Source: an uncultured Alphaproteobacteria bacterium (lineage in GTDB: Bacteria; Pseudomonadota; Alphaproteobacteria; Geminicoccales; Geminicoccaceae). Taken from it: a stretch of DNA of 52,473 nt. The position numbers and the translations under genes were made by a program. Under the pieces are notes generated by a model. That model had not been told where the DNA came from and ran no database searches. It saw only the letters and a program-made list of their open reading frames with translations. Within the stretch, counting starts at the first letter, position 1. The number at the start of each line of letters is the position of its first letter. Below, piece after piece: positions 9,479-18,951 of this stretch. Location of the stretch: NCBI GenBank assembly GCA_937926445.1, contig CALBAK010000064.1:1-52473 (forward strand), given 5' to 3'.

Positions 9479-10759
9479 TCACGCTCCCGAGCGGCCGGCC
9501 CGTGCGGCTCGCCAGCGCTCCCGTAGCCGCCGGGCGAGCGCCGAGACGGCGAGCACCGTCGGCCAGGGCGGCCGGCGCGCGGCGATCAGGAGATGGCCGA
9601 GGCGGCGCTCGTCGAGCCAGATCCGCCGGTAGAAGCTGTCGGTCGGCGCGGCGCAGGAATCGACCCAGGCGGGCGCGTCCTCGGTCGCGTGACGCTCGCT
9701 CAGGAGGGCGAGCTGGAGCTGAACGCCCGGGCTCTGCCTGGCCAGTCGCTCGTCGAAGGCGATCTTGAAGACGAACTCGGCCGCTCGAGGCGATGCGTCC
9801 GCGCGCAGCGAACAAGCGATCGCGATCGGCCGTCCGTCGAGCTCGAGCGCGTCAAATGCGAGCCTGTTCACGGCGTGTAGCGCCCCGCACATCGCCACGA
9901 AGAAGGCCCGATCGGCGGGGTCGCAGGCGAGCGCGGTGCCGCTGCGGCCCTTCCAGCCCGAGGCCTCGAGCTCGAGAAAGGCCTCGACCCAGGGAGCGAC
10001 CGGCTCCCCCGCGGCGAGCCGGCGCAGCGTCGGCACACCGAGCCGCTCGAGCTGCCGCCGCTGGCGGCGCAGCTCCGCTCGGTGGCGCGTCCCGAGGGCC
10101 TCCGCGAGGTACGCCTCGGCCGAGGCGCGGCGCCGGAAGAGCCTTCGGCTCCACCCGGGTAGCACGAGGACGGGCTGCCGGCGGGCGGCGAGCCGCCGTT
10201 CGAGCAGTTCGGCGACCGGTCCGTCCTCCGCGTGCCCGATGAGCTCGAGGAGCCCGCCGCTCGGAAGGCCGCGGTCGAGCGCGTCGAGCAGCCGGTCCAG
10301 CGCGTCGCCGGCCCGATCGCGGCGGACCAGCGGCGTGCCGAGAAAGCCGTGCGGCTGGGCCGGCGTGTAGGCGCTCCGTAGCGTCGGTACCGAGGAGCCG
10401 GGACCGAGACCCGAACGCATCACGGGCAGGAAGGTGAGGAGCTCTCCGTCCGGGTCGCGACAGAGGAGGACCCGGAGCCCGGGGAGCCAACCCCGCGCCT
10501 CGAGCAGAGGCAAGAGAAAACCCGGACCGAAGAAGGGGTTGGGCTCGAGAGCCCGGGCCTCGAGCTCGGCCCACCGGCGCGCGACCGCGTGCAGCTCGGC
10601 GAGCGAGCGCAGCACCTCCACCGGGCCTCGACCGACGCGGCCCCACCGCAAGGGCTCCGGTCCGGCCGTTTCGACCTCGCGGCCGGGGCCGTCGGCTCCG
10701 GCCGCGCCGACGCTCCGCGCCGGCGCAGCCGTGACGGCGGATGCCCGCGCCTCAGCCAC
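9479..10759 (-). CDS. GNAT-fold acetyltransferase, CelD/BioF2-like (Acetyltransf_6-type) protein
   Basis: Track ORF 426 aa, GTG start. The N-terminus VEVLRSLAELHAVARRWAELEARALEPNPFFGPGFLLPLLEA resembles CelD-like proteins; the C-terminal half has a FemAB/GNAT-like fold pattern. Family assignment by memory only. Confidence 0.45.
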   Translation of the reverse strand: MAEARASAVTAAPARSVGAAGADGPGREVETAGPEPLRWGRVGRGPVEVLRSLAELHAVARRWAELEARALEPNPFFGPGFLLPLLEARGWLPGLRVLLCRDPDGELLTFLPVMRSGLGPGSSVPTLRSAYTPAQPHGFLGTPLVRRDRAGDALDRLLDALDRGLPSGGLLELIGHAEDGPVAELLERRLAARRQPVLVLPGWSRRLFRRRASAEAYLAEALGTRHRAELRRQRRQLERLGVPTLRRLAAGEPVAPWVEAFLELEASGWKGRSGTALACDPADRAFFVAMCGALHAVNRLAFDALELDGRPIAIACSLRADASPRAAEFVFKIAFDERLARQSPGVQLQLALLSERHATEDAPAWVDSCAAPTDSFYRRIWLDERRLGHLLIAARRPPWPTVLAVSALARRLRERWRAARAGRSGA

Positions 10760-11010
10760 TACTCATCTGGCCGGCCACGATCAGCGCGATCGCGGCGGCG
10801 ACGGCGGCCACGAGAACGACGGTACCGAAGTCGTAGAGCTTCACGGGGTCTCCCGATCGCGTGCTTCCGCGTTTCCTGCCCGACAGCTTTGATAGACCAC
10901 GGACCCGGTATTGCCTAGCGGCTGTGACCATGCGCCGGCGACTCGGAAGGTTGGCGCGCGCCGCCTGTCGCCTAACTGAGGGAAGGGCAGGGTATCGGGG
11001 GAGGTTGGCG

Positions 11011-12852
11011 ATGGCGGCGACGGTATTGCGGGCGAGCGAAGCGAACGCACGAACCGAGGCGGGTCGGCCCGCCGAAGCGTCTGCGGCAGCGGTGCCGGTG
11101 CGGCGAGCCGAGCCGGCGCGGACCGACTCCGAACTCCAGCGCTACGCCAATCTGGACAGGCTCCTCCACGCCTTCCAGGCACGGCTCACGGCGAGCATCT
11201 CGCCGGCGGCGGTTCAGGCCGCGCGGATGGACTGGTGGGCTCATTTCCTGAACGCACCCGGTCTTCAGCTGGCCCTTGCCCAGAAGGCCGCGGTCGACGC
11301 GTTCCGCCTCGGGCTCTACGTGCTTCGAGCCGCCACCGGCCAGGACGGCGAACCGTTCGCGCTCGGCACCGACCACGACCGTCGGTTCGCCGCACCCCAA
11401 TGGCGAAGCTTCCCCTTCAACGTCATGGCAGAGGGCTTCCTCGCAGTCCAAAGCTGGTGGGACGCCGCGACCAACGCGCTGCGCGGCCCGACCCGCCAGC
11501 ACATTCGCCAGATGGCGTTCATGCGCCGGCAGATCCTTGACATGTTGGCGCCTTCCAACTTTCCCTGGACGAACCCGGAGGTGATCGAAAGGACGATCGC
11601 CGAACAAGGCCGGAATCTGGTTCGCGGTTTCGAATATTACTTCGACGACCTCGAGCGGTGGCTCACGGGTCGGCCGCCGGCCGGTACGGAGGCTTGGCGG
11701 GTCGGCGAGAATCTGGCGATCACTCGAGGCTCGGTGATTTACCGCAACGAGCTCATGGAGTTGATCCAGTACGCGCCGTCTACCGAGCGCGTACGGCCCG
11801 AGCCGATCCTCATCGTGCCCGCCTGGATCATGAAATATTACGTCCTAGATCTCCGTCCCGAGAACTCTCTAGTCAAATATCTCGTCGACCAAGGCCACAC
11901 AGTCTTCTGCATATCTTGGAAAAACCCAGAGGCCAAGGACCGGGAAACCTCTCTCGACGACTATCGTAGGCTAGGCGTGGAGAAGGCACTCGACGTCATC
12001 GAAGCGGTCACCGGCCAGCGCAAGGTGCACGCTTGCGGCTACTGCCTGGGCGGGACGTTGCTCGCGATCGCGGTCGCCAAGCTCGCGCGCGACAGTGACG
12101 ACCGGGTCGCGAGCATGACGCTTCTGGCCGCCCAGACCGACTTCTCGGAAGCCGGCGAGCTCATGTTGTTCATCGACGAGAACGAGCTCGCCTATCTTGA
12201 GGACATGATGTGGGACCAGGGCTATCTGGACACGAGCCAGATGGCCGGAGCCTTCCAGATGCTCCGCTCGGCCGATCTGATCTGGTCGCGCATGGTGCGC
12301 CAATATCTCCTGGGCGAGCGCGAGCCGATGACGGATCTCATGGCCTGGAACGCCGACGGCACGCGCATGCCGGCGCGCATGCACAGTCAGTATCTGCGCG
12401 ACCTCTTCCTCGACAATCGGCTGAGCCGTGGCCGCTACGCCGTCGAGGGTCGACCGGTGGCCCTCACCGACATCCGCTGCCCGATCTTCGCGGTCGGAAC
12501 CGAGACCGACCACATTGCGCCCTGGCAGTCGGTCTACAAGATCCGCCTCTTGACCGACACCGAGGTCACCTTCGTGCTGACGAGCGGTGGCCACAACGCC
12601 GGGATCGTCAGCCCGCCCACCCGTACCGACCGTCGTCATCGGATCACGACCATGGCGGCCGACGAAGCCTACTCGCCGCCCGATCTTTGGGCCGTCCAGG
12701 CGCCGGTCCGGCAGGGCTCCTGGTGGCCGGCCTGGCAAGCGTGGCTCGCCGAGCGCAGCGGGCCGCCGGTGCCACCGCCGCCCATGGGCGCACCGGAGAA
12801 AGGCTACCCGGAGCTCCTGCCCGCACCCGGCTGCTACGTGTTGCAGCCCTGA
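11011..12852 (+). CDS. phaC: class I poly(3-hydroxyalkanoate) synthase
   Basis: ATG at 11011 (M51 of track ORF 10861), GGGGGAGG RBS 6 nt upstream. Lipase box GYCLGG, PILIVPAWIMKYYVLDL and FNVMAEGF motifs. 613 aa. Confidence 0.85.
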   Translation: MAATVLRASEANARTEAGRPAEASAAAVPVRRAEPARTDSELQRYANLDRLLHAFQARLTASISPAAVQAARMDWWAHFLNAPGLQLALAQKAAVDAFRLGLYVLRAATGQDGEPFALGTDHDRRFAAPQWRSFPFNVMAEGFLAVQSWWDAATNALRGPTRQHIRQMAFMRRQILDMLAPSNFPWTNPEVIERTIAEQGRNLVRGFEYYFDDLERWLTGRPPAGTEAWRVGENLAITRGSVIYRNELMELIQYAPSTERVRPEPILIVPAWIMKYYVLDLRPENSLVKYLVDQGHTVFCISWKNPEAKDRETSLDDYRRLGVEKALDVIEAVTGQRKVHACGYCLGGTLLAIAVAKLARDSDDRVASMTLLAAQTDFSEAGELMLFIDENELAYLEDMMWDQGYLDTSQMAGAFQMLRSADLIWSRMVRQYLLGEREPMTDLMAWNADGTRMPARMHSQYLRDLFLDNRLSRGRYAVEGRPVALTDIRCPIFAVGTETDHIAPWQSVYKIRLLTDTEVTFVLTSGGHNAGIVSPPTRTDRRHRITTMAADEAYSPPDLWAVQAPVRQGSWWPAWQAWLAERSGPPVPPPPMGAPEKGYPELLPAPGCYVLQP

Positions 12853-12925
12853 GCGGAGGGCGGGAGGCGGGGCTGCGGCGCCCCCGCTTGTCGGCGCTGC
12901 CGCCGGCCTTCAGACAGCCGCCACC

Positions 12926-13849
12926 ATGAGCGGCGAAACCCGAACCGCGAGCAGCACGGCCGCCCTCACCCCGCGCGAACTCGCGATCGGGCTCGCCGCC
13001 GGCGCCGTCGTGGTCGCGATCTGGACGGCGTTCCTGCTCGTCTCCCGCGCCGGTGTGCTGGGCCCGCTCCTGCCGACCGACATCGCCGGGCTCAGGCTCA
13101 GCGTCGCCGTGCTCGCCGCGGCCCCCATCGCCTGGCGATACGGCTTGGCCGGCCTGAGCCTGGCCCGGGCGGCACTCTTGGTAGCAACCGCCGGCCTCGG
13201 CTTCCCGCTCCTCGCCTATTGGGGGTTCGCCTTCGCGCCCGCGGCGCACGCCTCGATCATGATGACGAGCACGCTGCCGCTCTGGACCGCGCTTCTCGCG
13301 CGCCTCGTCCTGGGCGAGCCGCTGGGCGGGCGCCGGCTGTTGAGCCTCGCCCTGATCGTGGCCGGGATCTCGGCGCTCGCGAGTGGCCTCGAGGAGGCGC
13401 CGCCGGGTGCCTGGCGGGGCGATCTCCTGTTCGCCGCCGCATCCCTCTCCTGGGCCGTCTTCACGATCGCGGCACGGGCCTGGAAGGTCCCGCCGCTCGC
13501 GGCCGCGGGCGTGGTCGGGCTCGGTGCCGGGCTCGTCTATCTCCCACCTTGGCTGCTGCTCTTGCCGAAGGGGATCGCCGCCGCGTCCTGGCCGGAGCTC
13601 CTCTTCCAGGGCATCTATCACGGGCTCTTGGCCTTTCTCCTGGCCTTCGTGGCCTATACGCGCTGCGTGGCGGCCCTGGGCCCGGGTCCGACGACCATGC
13701 TCACCGCGCTAGTCCCCGGTCTGGGTGCCCTCTTGGCCGTCCCGATCCTGGGCGAGCCGCTGTCGCTCGAGGCGGTGGCCGGGCTGACCTTCGTGACCGC
13801 CGGGATGCTCGCGACCGTCGCCGGCCTGCGCACCGGCCGGCCCGCCTGA
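12926..13849 (+). CDS. DMT superfamily (EamA-type) transporter
   Basis: ATG at 12926 (M114 of track ORF 12587). About 10 hydrophobic helices in two EamA-like halves. 307 aa. Confidence 0.65.
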   Translation: MSGETRTASSTAALTPRELAIGLAAGAVVVAIWTAFLLVSRAGVLGPLLPTDIAGLRLSVAVLAAAPIAWRYGLAGLSLARAALLVATAGLGFPLLAYWGFAFAPAAHASIMMTSTLPLWTALLARLVLGEPLGGRRLLSLALIVAGISALASGLEEAPPGAWRGDLLFAAASLSWAVFTIAARAWKVPPLAAAGVVGLGAGLVYLPPWLLLLPKGIAAASWPELLFQGIYHGLLAFLLAFVAYTRCVAALGPGPTTMLTALVPGLGALLAVPILGEPLSLEAVAGLTFVTAGMLATVAGLRTGRPA

Positions 13850-13851
13850 GC

Positions 13852-14847
13852 TCAGTCGGCACCGTTCGACCGCATCTCGGGCGAAGGCCGCGGGGCCGCC
13901 GCGCGGCGCAGACGGTCACGGATCGCCTCACCGAGGCCATCGCCGGGGATCGGCATGACCGCGATCTGGCGGGCGCCACTCCGGTCGGCGGCGCGGAGGA
14001 GCGCGTAGAGGCGGCGTGCGGCCTCGGTCGTGTCACCCGCCGGGCTCAGATTGAACGTCGCGAAGGCGCCGCTCGGAACCCGCGGGCCGAACGCCAGCAG
14101 CGCCTCGTCCGGCTCGACCTCGAGGGCGTCCAGTCGCACCGGTAGGCTCGGCGCGTAGTGGCTCGCGAGCCGGCCGGGCGCGCGCGGCCGCGCTTCGCCG
14201 TCTCCCGCCTCGGCCAACGGACCCAGGACTTCCTCGATCGCCGCCCGCGGCACGCCTCCGGGCCGCAGGAGGACCGGTCGGTCGGGCTCGGAGAGATCCA
14301 CGATCGTGCTCTCGACCCCGACTCGACACGGTCCGGCATCCAGGATCAGCGCGATCGCATCGCCGAGCTCAAGAGCGACGTCCTCCGCGCTGGTCGGGCT
14401 CACCCGGCCCGAGCGGTTGGCAGAAGGAGCCACGATCGGCTGCCCTGCGGCCTCCAATAGGGCCAGGGCCACGGGATGGGCGGGGACCCGGACCGCCACG
14501 GTCGAAAGCCCGGCAGTGGCGAGCGGCGAGACCGGGGCGGTGGGTCGGCGTGGTAGGACGAAGGTCAAAGGCCCCGGCCAGAACCGTTCGGCGAGCCGCT
14601 CGGCCCGCGCGTCGAGGCGCGCCAGGGGCTCGAGCGCCGCGCGCCCGGCGATGTGCACGATCAGCGGATTGTGGGCGGGCCGGCGCTTGGCCGCGTAGAG
14701 CGCCGCGACCGCGGCGTCGCTCGTGGCGTCCGCCCCGAGCCCGTAGACCGTCTCGGTCGGGAAGGCGACGAGCTCGCCCGCGCGCAGAACCTCGGCCGCC
14801 TCGGCGATCGCCCGGTCGCCGGCCTCGAGAAGGCGCGCCCGGCTCAT
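13852..14847 (-). CDS. L-threonylcarbamoyladenylate synthase (Sua5/YrdC/TsaC family with Sua5 C-terminal domain)
   Basis: ATG at 14845-14847 (M234 of track ORF 13852..15546). AFPTETVYGLGADATSDAAVAALYAAKRRPAHNPLIVHI is the YrdC signature. 331 aa. Its ATG overlaps the purD TGA (ATGA). Confidence 0.8.
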   Translation of the reverse strand: MSRARLLEAGDRAIAEAAEVLRAGELVAFPTETVYGLGADATSDAAVAALYAAKRRPAHNPLIVHIAGRAALEPLARLDARAERLAERFWPGPLTFVLPRRPTAPVSPLATAGLSTVAVRVPAHPVALALLEAAGQPIVAPSANRSGRVSPTSAEDVALELGDAIALILDAGPCRVGVESTIVDLSEPDRPVLLRPGGVPRAAIEEVLGPLAEAGDGEARPRAPGRLASHYAPSLPVRLDALEVEPDEALLAFGPRVPSGAFATFNLSPAGDTTEAARRLYALLRAADRSGARQIAVMPIPGDGLGEAIRDRLRRAAAPRPSPEMRSNGAD

Positions 14848-16142
14848 CCGTTCCCCGACCGGTCGGCCGAGGCGTCGAGGGCGCGCGCACCGATGTCCCG
14901 CCGACAGAAGCCTTCCGGCCAGTCGATCTTGTCGACTGCGGCATAGGCCCGCGCGCGCGCCTCGGCGAGCGAAGCGCCGCTGCCGACCACCGTGAGCACC
15001 CGACCGCCGTCGGCGACCCAGCGTCCGCCCTCGCGCCGGGTGGCGGCGTGGAAAAGGAGCACGTCTTCGCAGGCCTCGGCCGCTTCGAGCCCGCGCAGCT
15101 CGCTGCCGCGTTCGACCGGTCCCGGATAGCCGCGGGTGGCCAGCACGACGCCGAGCGTGTGGCGGGGGTAGAAACGGGCGCTCATCCGGCGGAGCACGCC
15201 GTCGGCAGCGCCCAACAGGAGCTGGCCGAGATCGCTCATGAGCCGGGGCAGCACGACCTGGCATTCGGGATCGCCCATGCGGACATTGTACTCGACCAGG
15301 CGGGGGCCGGTGCGGCCGATCATCAGCCCGGCATAGAGAATTCCGCGGAAGGGCGCGCCCTCGCTCGCCATCGCGGCGAGCGTGGGCCGTACGATCTCGG
15401 CCATCGCCCGCTCCACGAGCGCGGGCGTGAGCGGTGGAGCCGGCGAGCAGGCGCCCATGCCACCCGTGTTCGGCCCCCGATCGCCGTCGAAGGCCCGCTT
15501 GTGATCCTGTGCGGTACCGAGCACGAGGGCGTCCTGACCGTCGCAAAGGGCGAACAGGCTCGCCTCCACCCCTTCGAGGAACTCCTCGATCACGATCCGC
15601 GCGCCGGCCTCACCGAAGGCCCCGTCGAAAGCGGCGTCCACCGCGGCGAGGGCCTCCTCGACCGTGGCGGCGACGGTGACACCCTTGCCGGCGGCGAGAC
15701 CGTCCGCCTTGACGACGACCGGCATCGGCTGCGCCACGACATGGGTGCGGGCGGCGGCCCGCTCGCTCGCCTCGAAGACCCGAAACGCCGCGGTGGGGAT
15801 GCCGTGGCGAGCGCAGAGCGCTTTGGTGAACGCCTTCGAGCCCTCGAGGCGGGCCGCGGCAGCGGTGGGCCCGATCGCCCGGATGCCGGCGTCCGCCAGG
15901 CGGTCGACGAGACCGAGGACGAGCGGCCGCTCGGGTCCCACCACCACGAGATCGATGCGCTCGCTGCGCGTGTAGACGACGAGCTCGTCCACCGCATCGG
16001 CGGCGATCGGGACGAGCTCGGCGTCTCGGGCGATACCGGCATTGCCCGGCGCACAGAACACGGTCTTGACGAGCGGCGAGGCGGCGAGCGACCAGCAGAG
16101 TGCATGCTCGCGTGCGCCCGAGCCGACAACGAGCACCCGCAT
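14844..16142 (-). CDS. purD: phosphoribosylamine--glycine ligase
   Basis: ATG at 16140-16142 (M102 of track ORF). MRVLVVGSGAREHALCWSLAASP, ATP-grasp core and C-terminal domain typical of PurD. 432 aa. Confidence 0.9.
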   Translation of the reverse strand: MRVLVVGSGAREHALCWSLAASPLVKTVFCAPGNAGIARDAELVPIAADAVDELVVYTRSERIDLVVVGPERPLVLGLVDRLADAGIRAIGPTAAAARLEGSKAFTKALCARHGIPTAAFRVFEASERAAARTHVVAQPMPVVVKADGLAAGKGVTVAATVEEALAAVDAAFDGAFGEAGARIVIEEFLEGVEASLFALCDGQDALVLGTAQDHKRAFDGDRGPNTGGMGACSPAPPLTPALVERAMAEIVRPTLAAMASEGAPFRGILYAGLMIGRTGPRLVEYNVRMGDPECQVVLPRLMSDLGQLLLGAADGVLRRMSARFYPRHTLGVVLATRGYPGPVERGSELRGLEAAEACEDVLLFHAATRREGGRWVADGGRVLTVVGSGASLAEARARAYAAVDKIDWPEGFCRRDIGARALDASADRSGNG

Positions 16143-16257
16143 GTCCGAACCTCGGCCGTTGGGTAGGGTGGGGTCAGATAGGCCCGAGGAGCGCTCGCGG
16201 GCAACCGCCGAGCCGGGCGCCGGTGCCCGGTTCGTGCCGCTGCGCGGAAGCGTATCG

Positions 16258-17490
16258 GTGCCCCCGGCGCCGGATCTCCCGAGCCTCGAGGACATCCAGG
16301 CGGCCGCCCAACGGATCGCTGGTCGGGTGATCGAGACGCCCTGCCTCGAGAGCCGGACGCTCGGCGAGATCCTGGGCTGCCGGGTGTGGCTCAAGTTCGA
16401 GAACCTGCAATACACGGCCTCGTTCAAGGAGCGCGGCGCCCTCAACCACCTCTTGCTTCTCCCGCCCGCGCGGGCCGCGAAAGGCGTTGTCGCGATGTCC
16501 GCCGGGAACCACGCCCAGGGCGTGGCCTACCACGCGCGCAGGCTCGGCATTCCGGTCAGCATCGTGATGCCGCTCGCCACGCCCTTCGTAAAGATCGACA
16601 ATACCGACAAGCTCGGCGCCGAGGTCATCCTCGCGGGCTCCTCGGTTGAGGAGGCCGCGGCCGAGGCGCTGGCCCTCTGTGCCCGGACCGGGCGAAGCTT
16701 CGTCCACCCTTACGACGACCCCGCCGTGATTGCGGGTCAAGGGACGATCGCCCTCGAGATGCTCAGGGCCGTGCCGGAGCTCGAGGTCCTCGTCGTTCCG
16801 GTCGGCGGCGGCGGGCTCGTCTCGGGGATTGCGATCGTCGCCAAGGCGCTTCGACCCGACATCGAGGTCGTGGGTGTGCAGGCCGCGAGCCATCCGGGCG
16901 TGCTCCACCGACTGGGTCTGGTGCCGGACATCCCGGGCGGCGCCACGATCGCCGACGGCATCGCGGTCAAGGCCCCGGGCGCGCTGACCGCGGCGGCGAT
17001 CGCGAGCCGGGTCGACGCCCTAGCGCTGGTCGAGGAGCCGGCCATCGAGCGGGCCGTGGTCCTCCTCCTCGAGATCGAGAAGACGGTGGTCGAGGGCGCG
17101 GGTGCGGTCGGGATCGCCGCCCTCGAGGGGCTCGCCGAACGGTTCGCCGGCCGGTCGATCGGGGTCGTACTCTCGGGCGGCAACATCGACAGTCGCCTGC
17201 TCTCCGGGGTAATCCTGCGTGGGCTCGTGCGGTCCGATCGGATGGTGCGGCTTCGCGTCGCGGTGCCGGACAGTCCGGGCGGCCTCGCTCGGGTCACCGC
17301 GCTCATTGCCGAAGCGCGGGGCAACATCGTCGACGTCGTCCATCAGCGCGCCTTCTCGCGCCGCTCCGCCCGTCAGGCGGACGTGGACTTCACCGTCGAG
17401 ACCCGAAACGCCGCGCACGCGCGGGAGATCGAGCGGGCGCTGGCGGTGGCGGGTCTGCCTGTGGAGCGGTGGACGCCGGACGATCCATAG
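16258..17490 (+). CDS. ilvA: threonine ammonia-lyase (PLP-dependent, with C-terminal ACT regulatory domain)
   Basis: Track ORF 16042..17490, same frame. LEDIQAAAQRIAGRVIETP, PLP-lysine motif TASFKERGA, glycine-rich loop, C-terminal ACT-like segment. Start placed at GTG 16258 (GGAAG 7 nt upstream); GTG 16234 or an ATG abutting the purD start are alternatives. Confidence 0.75.
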   Translation: MPPAPDLPSLEDIQAAAQRIAGRVIETPCLESRTLGEILGCRVWLKFENLQYTASFKERGALNHLLLLPPARAAKGVVAMSAGNHAQGVAYHARRLGIPVSIVMPLATPFVKIDNTDKLGAEVILAGSSVEEAAAEALALCARTGRSFVHPYDDPAVIAGQGTIALEMLRAVPELEVLVVPVGGGGLVSGIAIVAKALRPDIEVVGVQAASHPGVLHRLGLVPDIPGGATIADGIAVKAPGALTAAAIASRVDALALVEEPAIERAVVLLLEIEKTVVEGAGAVGIAALEGLAERFAGRSIGVVLSGGNIDSRLLSGVILRGLVRSDRMVRLRVAVPDSPGGLARVTALIAEARGNIVDVVHQRAFSRRSARQADVDFTVETRNAAHAREIERALAVAGLPVERWTPDDP

Positions 17491-17503
17491 AGGCAAATCG
17501 TCC

Positions 17504-17532
17504 TTTACATCAGCTTTTAATCCTAATATGGT
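17504..17532 (+). promoter_or_regulatory. putative sigma70-type promoter (TTTACA - 17 nt - TATGGT) in an AT-rich island
   Basis: The only AT-rich stretch nearby (about 17495-17535): ctTTACAtcagcttttaatcctaaTATGGTtcc, roughly 50 nt upstream of the 17584 gene start. Confidence 0.3.
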
Positions 17533-17583
17533 TCCGCCACGCCGCCCCCACGGCCGGCCGACAGCCCGAGAGGAACGCCGGAC

Positions 17584-18216
17584 TTGCGCCTGCTCGTCTG
17601 CGATGTCGACGCCGTCAAGGCGCTGGCCCTCGAGCGGGCGCTCGGCTCCCGGTTCGACCTTCGGGTTGCGAGCACGCTTGCCGATGCCGAGCGCGAACTG
17701 GAGCGCCCCGAATGGCGGCCGGACATCATCGTGGCCTCGAGCGAACTGCCCGACGGCGGCGGCGCGACGCTCCTGCGCCTCGGCTCCTTGGCCGGGCCGA
17801 TTCCGATCCTCGTGAGCACCGGGACCTCGGTCGAGACCCTGCGCAAGCAGGTCGAGGCGGTCGGGGGGGGCGGCCGGAGCGAGCCCGAAACCCTGACGGT
17901 GCTGCGAACCGTCGTCCAGCAGCAGCAGCTCTTCCATCAGACGCTCGCCGCCAACAGGACGCAGCTCCTCGCCGAGCTCGAGCGGATAGCCACCAACGCC
18001 GCCGAGGCCGCGGTCTCCAGAGCCGTGGAGCGGCTCATGAGCCGCCTCGGCCTCGACGACACCGAGGGGGTTCGCCTCGCTGTCCGCCTCGCCCGCGCCT
18101 GGGAAGCGGCCAAGGGCAAGTTCGTCTCGGCGCTGGCGACTGGCATCGCTTCGGCCTTCCTCCTGGCGCTCGGCGCGGGCTTCGTGGCCCTGCTCAAAGG
18201 GGGCAGCTCGAAATGA
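17584..18216 (+). CDS. receiver-like (pseudo-receiver) domain protein with coiled coil and C-terminal membrane anchor
   Basis: TTG start with GAGAGGAA RBS and strong GC3 bias. The N-terminus MRLLVCDVD...PDIIVASSELPDGGG...PIPILVSTGT follows the CheY beta1/beta3/beta4 pattern, but the phospho-acceptor Asp position reads Ser. The C-terminus FVSALATGIASAFLLALGAGFVALL is hydrophobic. Confidence 0.5.
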   Translation: MRLLVCDVDAVKALALERALGSRFDLRVASTLADAERELERPEWRPDIIVASSELPDGGGATLLRLGSLAGPIPILVSTGTSVETLRKQVEAVGGGGRSEPETLTVLRTVVQQQQLFHQTLAANRTQLLAELERIATNAAEAAVSRAVERLMSRLGLDDTEGVRLAVRLARAWEAAKGKFVSALATGIASAFLLALGAGFVALLKGGSSK

Positions 18217-18363
18217 GGGGGTGCGCGCCCGCGCACTGATCCGCAAGCCGGCGAAAAGCGTAGGGGCGCGCGAGAGGATCCGATGACGACCACTGCGCCC
18301 CTCTGCGAGGCTGCTCCGTCGGCCGGGCTTGTCATCCGGCGCCCTCGGCGTTTGACTGCGGCC

Positions 18364-18951
18364 ATGGTGGAGGAACGCGATGACCGATCGCGACAGGAAC
18401 CGGCCGAGCGAGCCCGTGTTCGAGACTTGGCTCTCGTCGCGCGGACGCGGGATCGGGACGCGTTCCGACGCCTGTTCGAGCACTACGGGCCTCGGGTCAA
18501 AGCCTATCTCCGCCGCCTGGGCGCGGACGAGGACGCAGCCGAGGATCTGACCCAGGAAGTGTTCGTCTCGATCTGGCGGCGGGCGGCGCAGTTCGATCCC
18601 GCGAAGGCTTCGGTCTCCACATGGGTCTACACGATCGCCCGCAACAAGCGAATCGACTCCCTCCGTCGCGACCGGACGGTCCTCGGCGAGGGGGACGAGC
18701 TCGATCTCGAGGTCGATCCGGCGCCGTGCGGCGATGCGGTTGCCGAATTCAACCAGATGAGCGCCCGGATCATGCGGGCTGTCGAGACGCTTCCCGAGGA
18801 ACAGAAGAGGTTGCTCAAGATTTTTTATTTCGACGAAAAGCCCCACAGCACCATCGCAGCCGAGCTCGGCTTGCCGCTCGGTACGGTCAAGTCCCGCCTG
18901 CGCCTCGCCATCGGAAAGCTTCGCGCGCTGCTCGGGGACGATCGGGAATGA
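18364..18951 (+). CDS. rpoE: ECF sigma factor, sigmaE (RpoE) of the ChrR-regulated type
   Basis: ATG at 18364 (M28 of track ORF 18283). Region 2 (DAFRRLFEHYGPRVKAYLRR, EDLTQEVFVSIW) and region 4 (TLPEEQKRLLKIFYFDEKPHSTIAAELGLPLGTVKSRL). Confidence 0.8.
   Translation: MVEERDDRSRQEPAERARVRDLALVARTRDRDAFRRLFEHYGPRVKAYLRRLGADEDAAEDLTQEVFVSIWRRAAQFDPAKASVSTWVYTIARNKRIDSLRRDRTVLGEGDELDLEVDPAPCGDAVAEFNQMSARIMRAVETLPEEQKRLLKIFYFDEKPHSTIAAELGLPLGTVKSRLRLAIGKLRALLGDDRE

Noticed and set aside
12853-12925. GC hairpin (GCGGGG-ctgcggcg-CCCCGC) after phaC as a possible terminator.
   Set aside because: No U-tract follows (cttgtcgg). Not convincing as an intrinsic terminator.
16042-16257. Possible ilvA start at ATG 16141, directly abutting the purD start codon (CATG) on the opposite strand.
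   Set aside because: It would leave no intergenic space for two divergent promoters. The conserved IlvA N-terminus begins near ...LEDIQAAAQRI, so GTG 16258 (or 16234) fits better.
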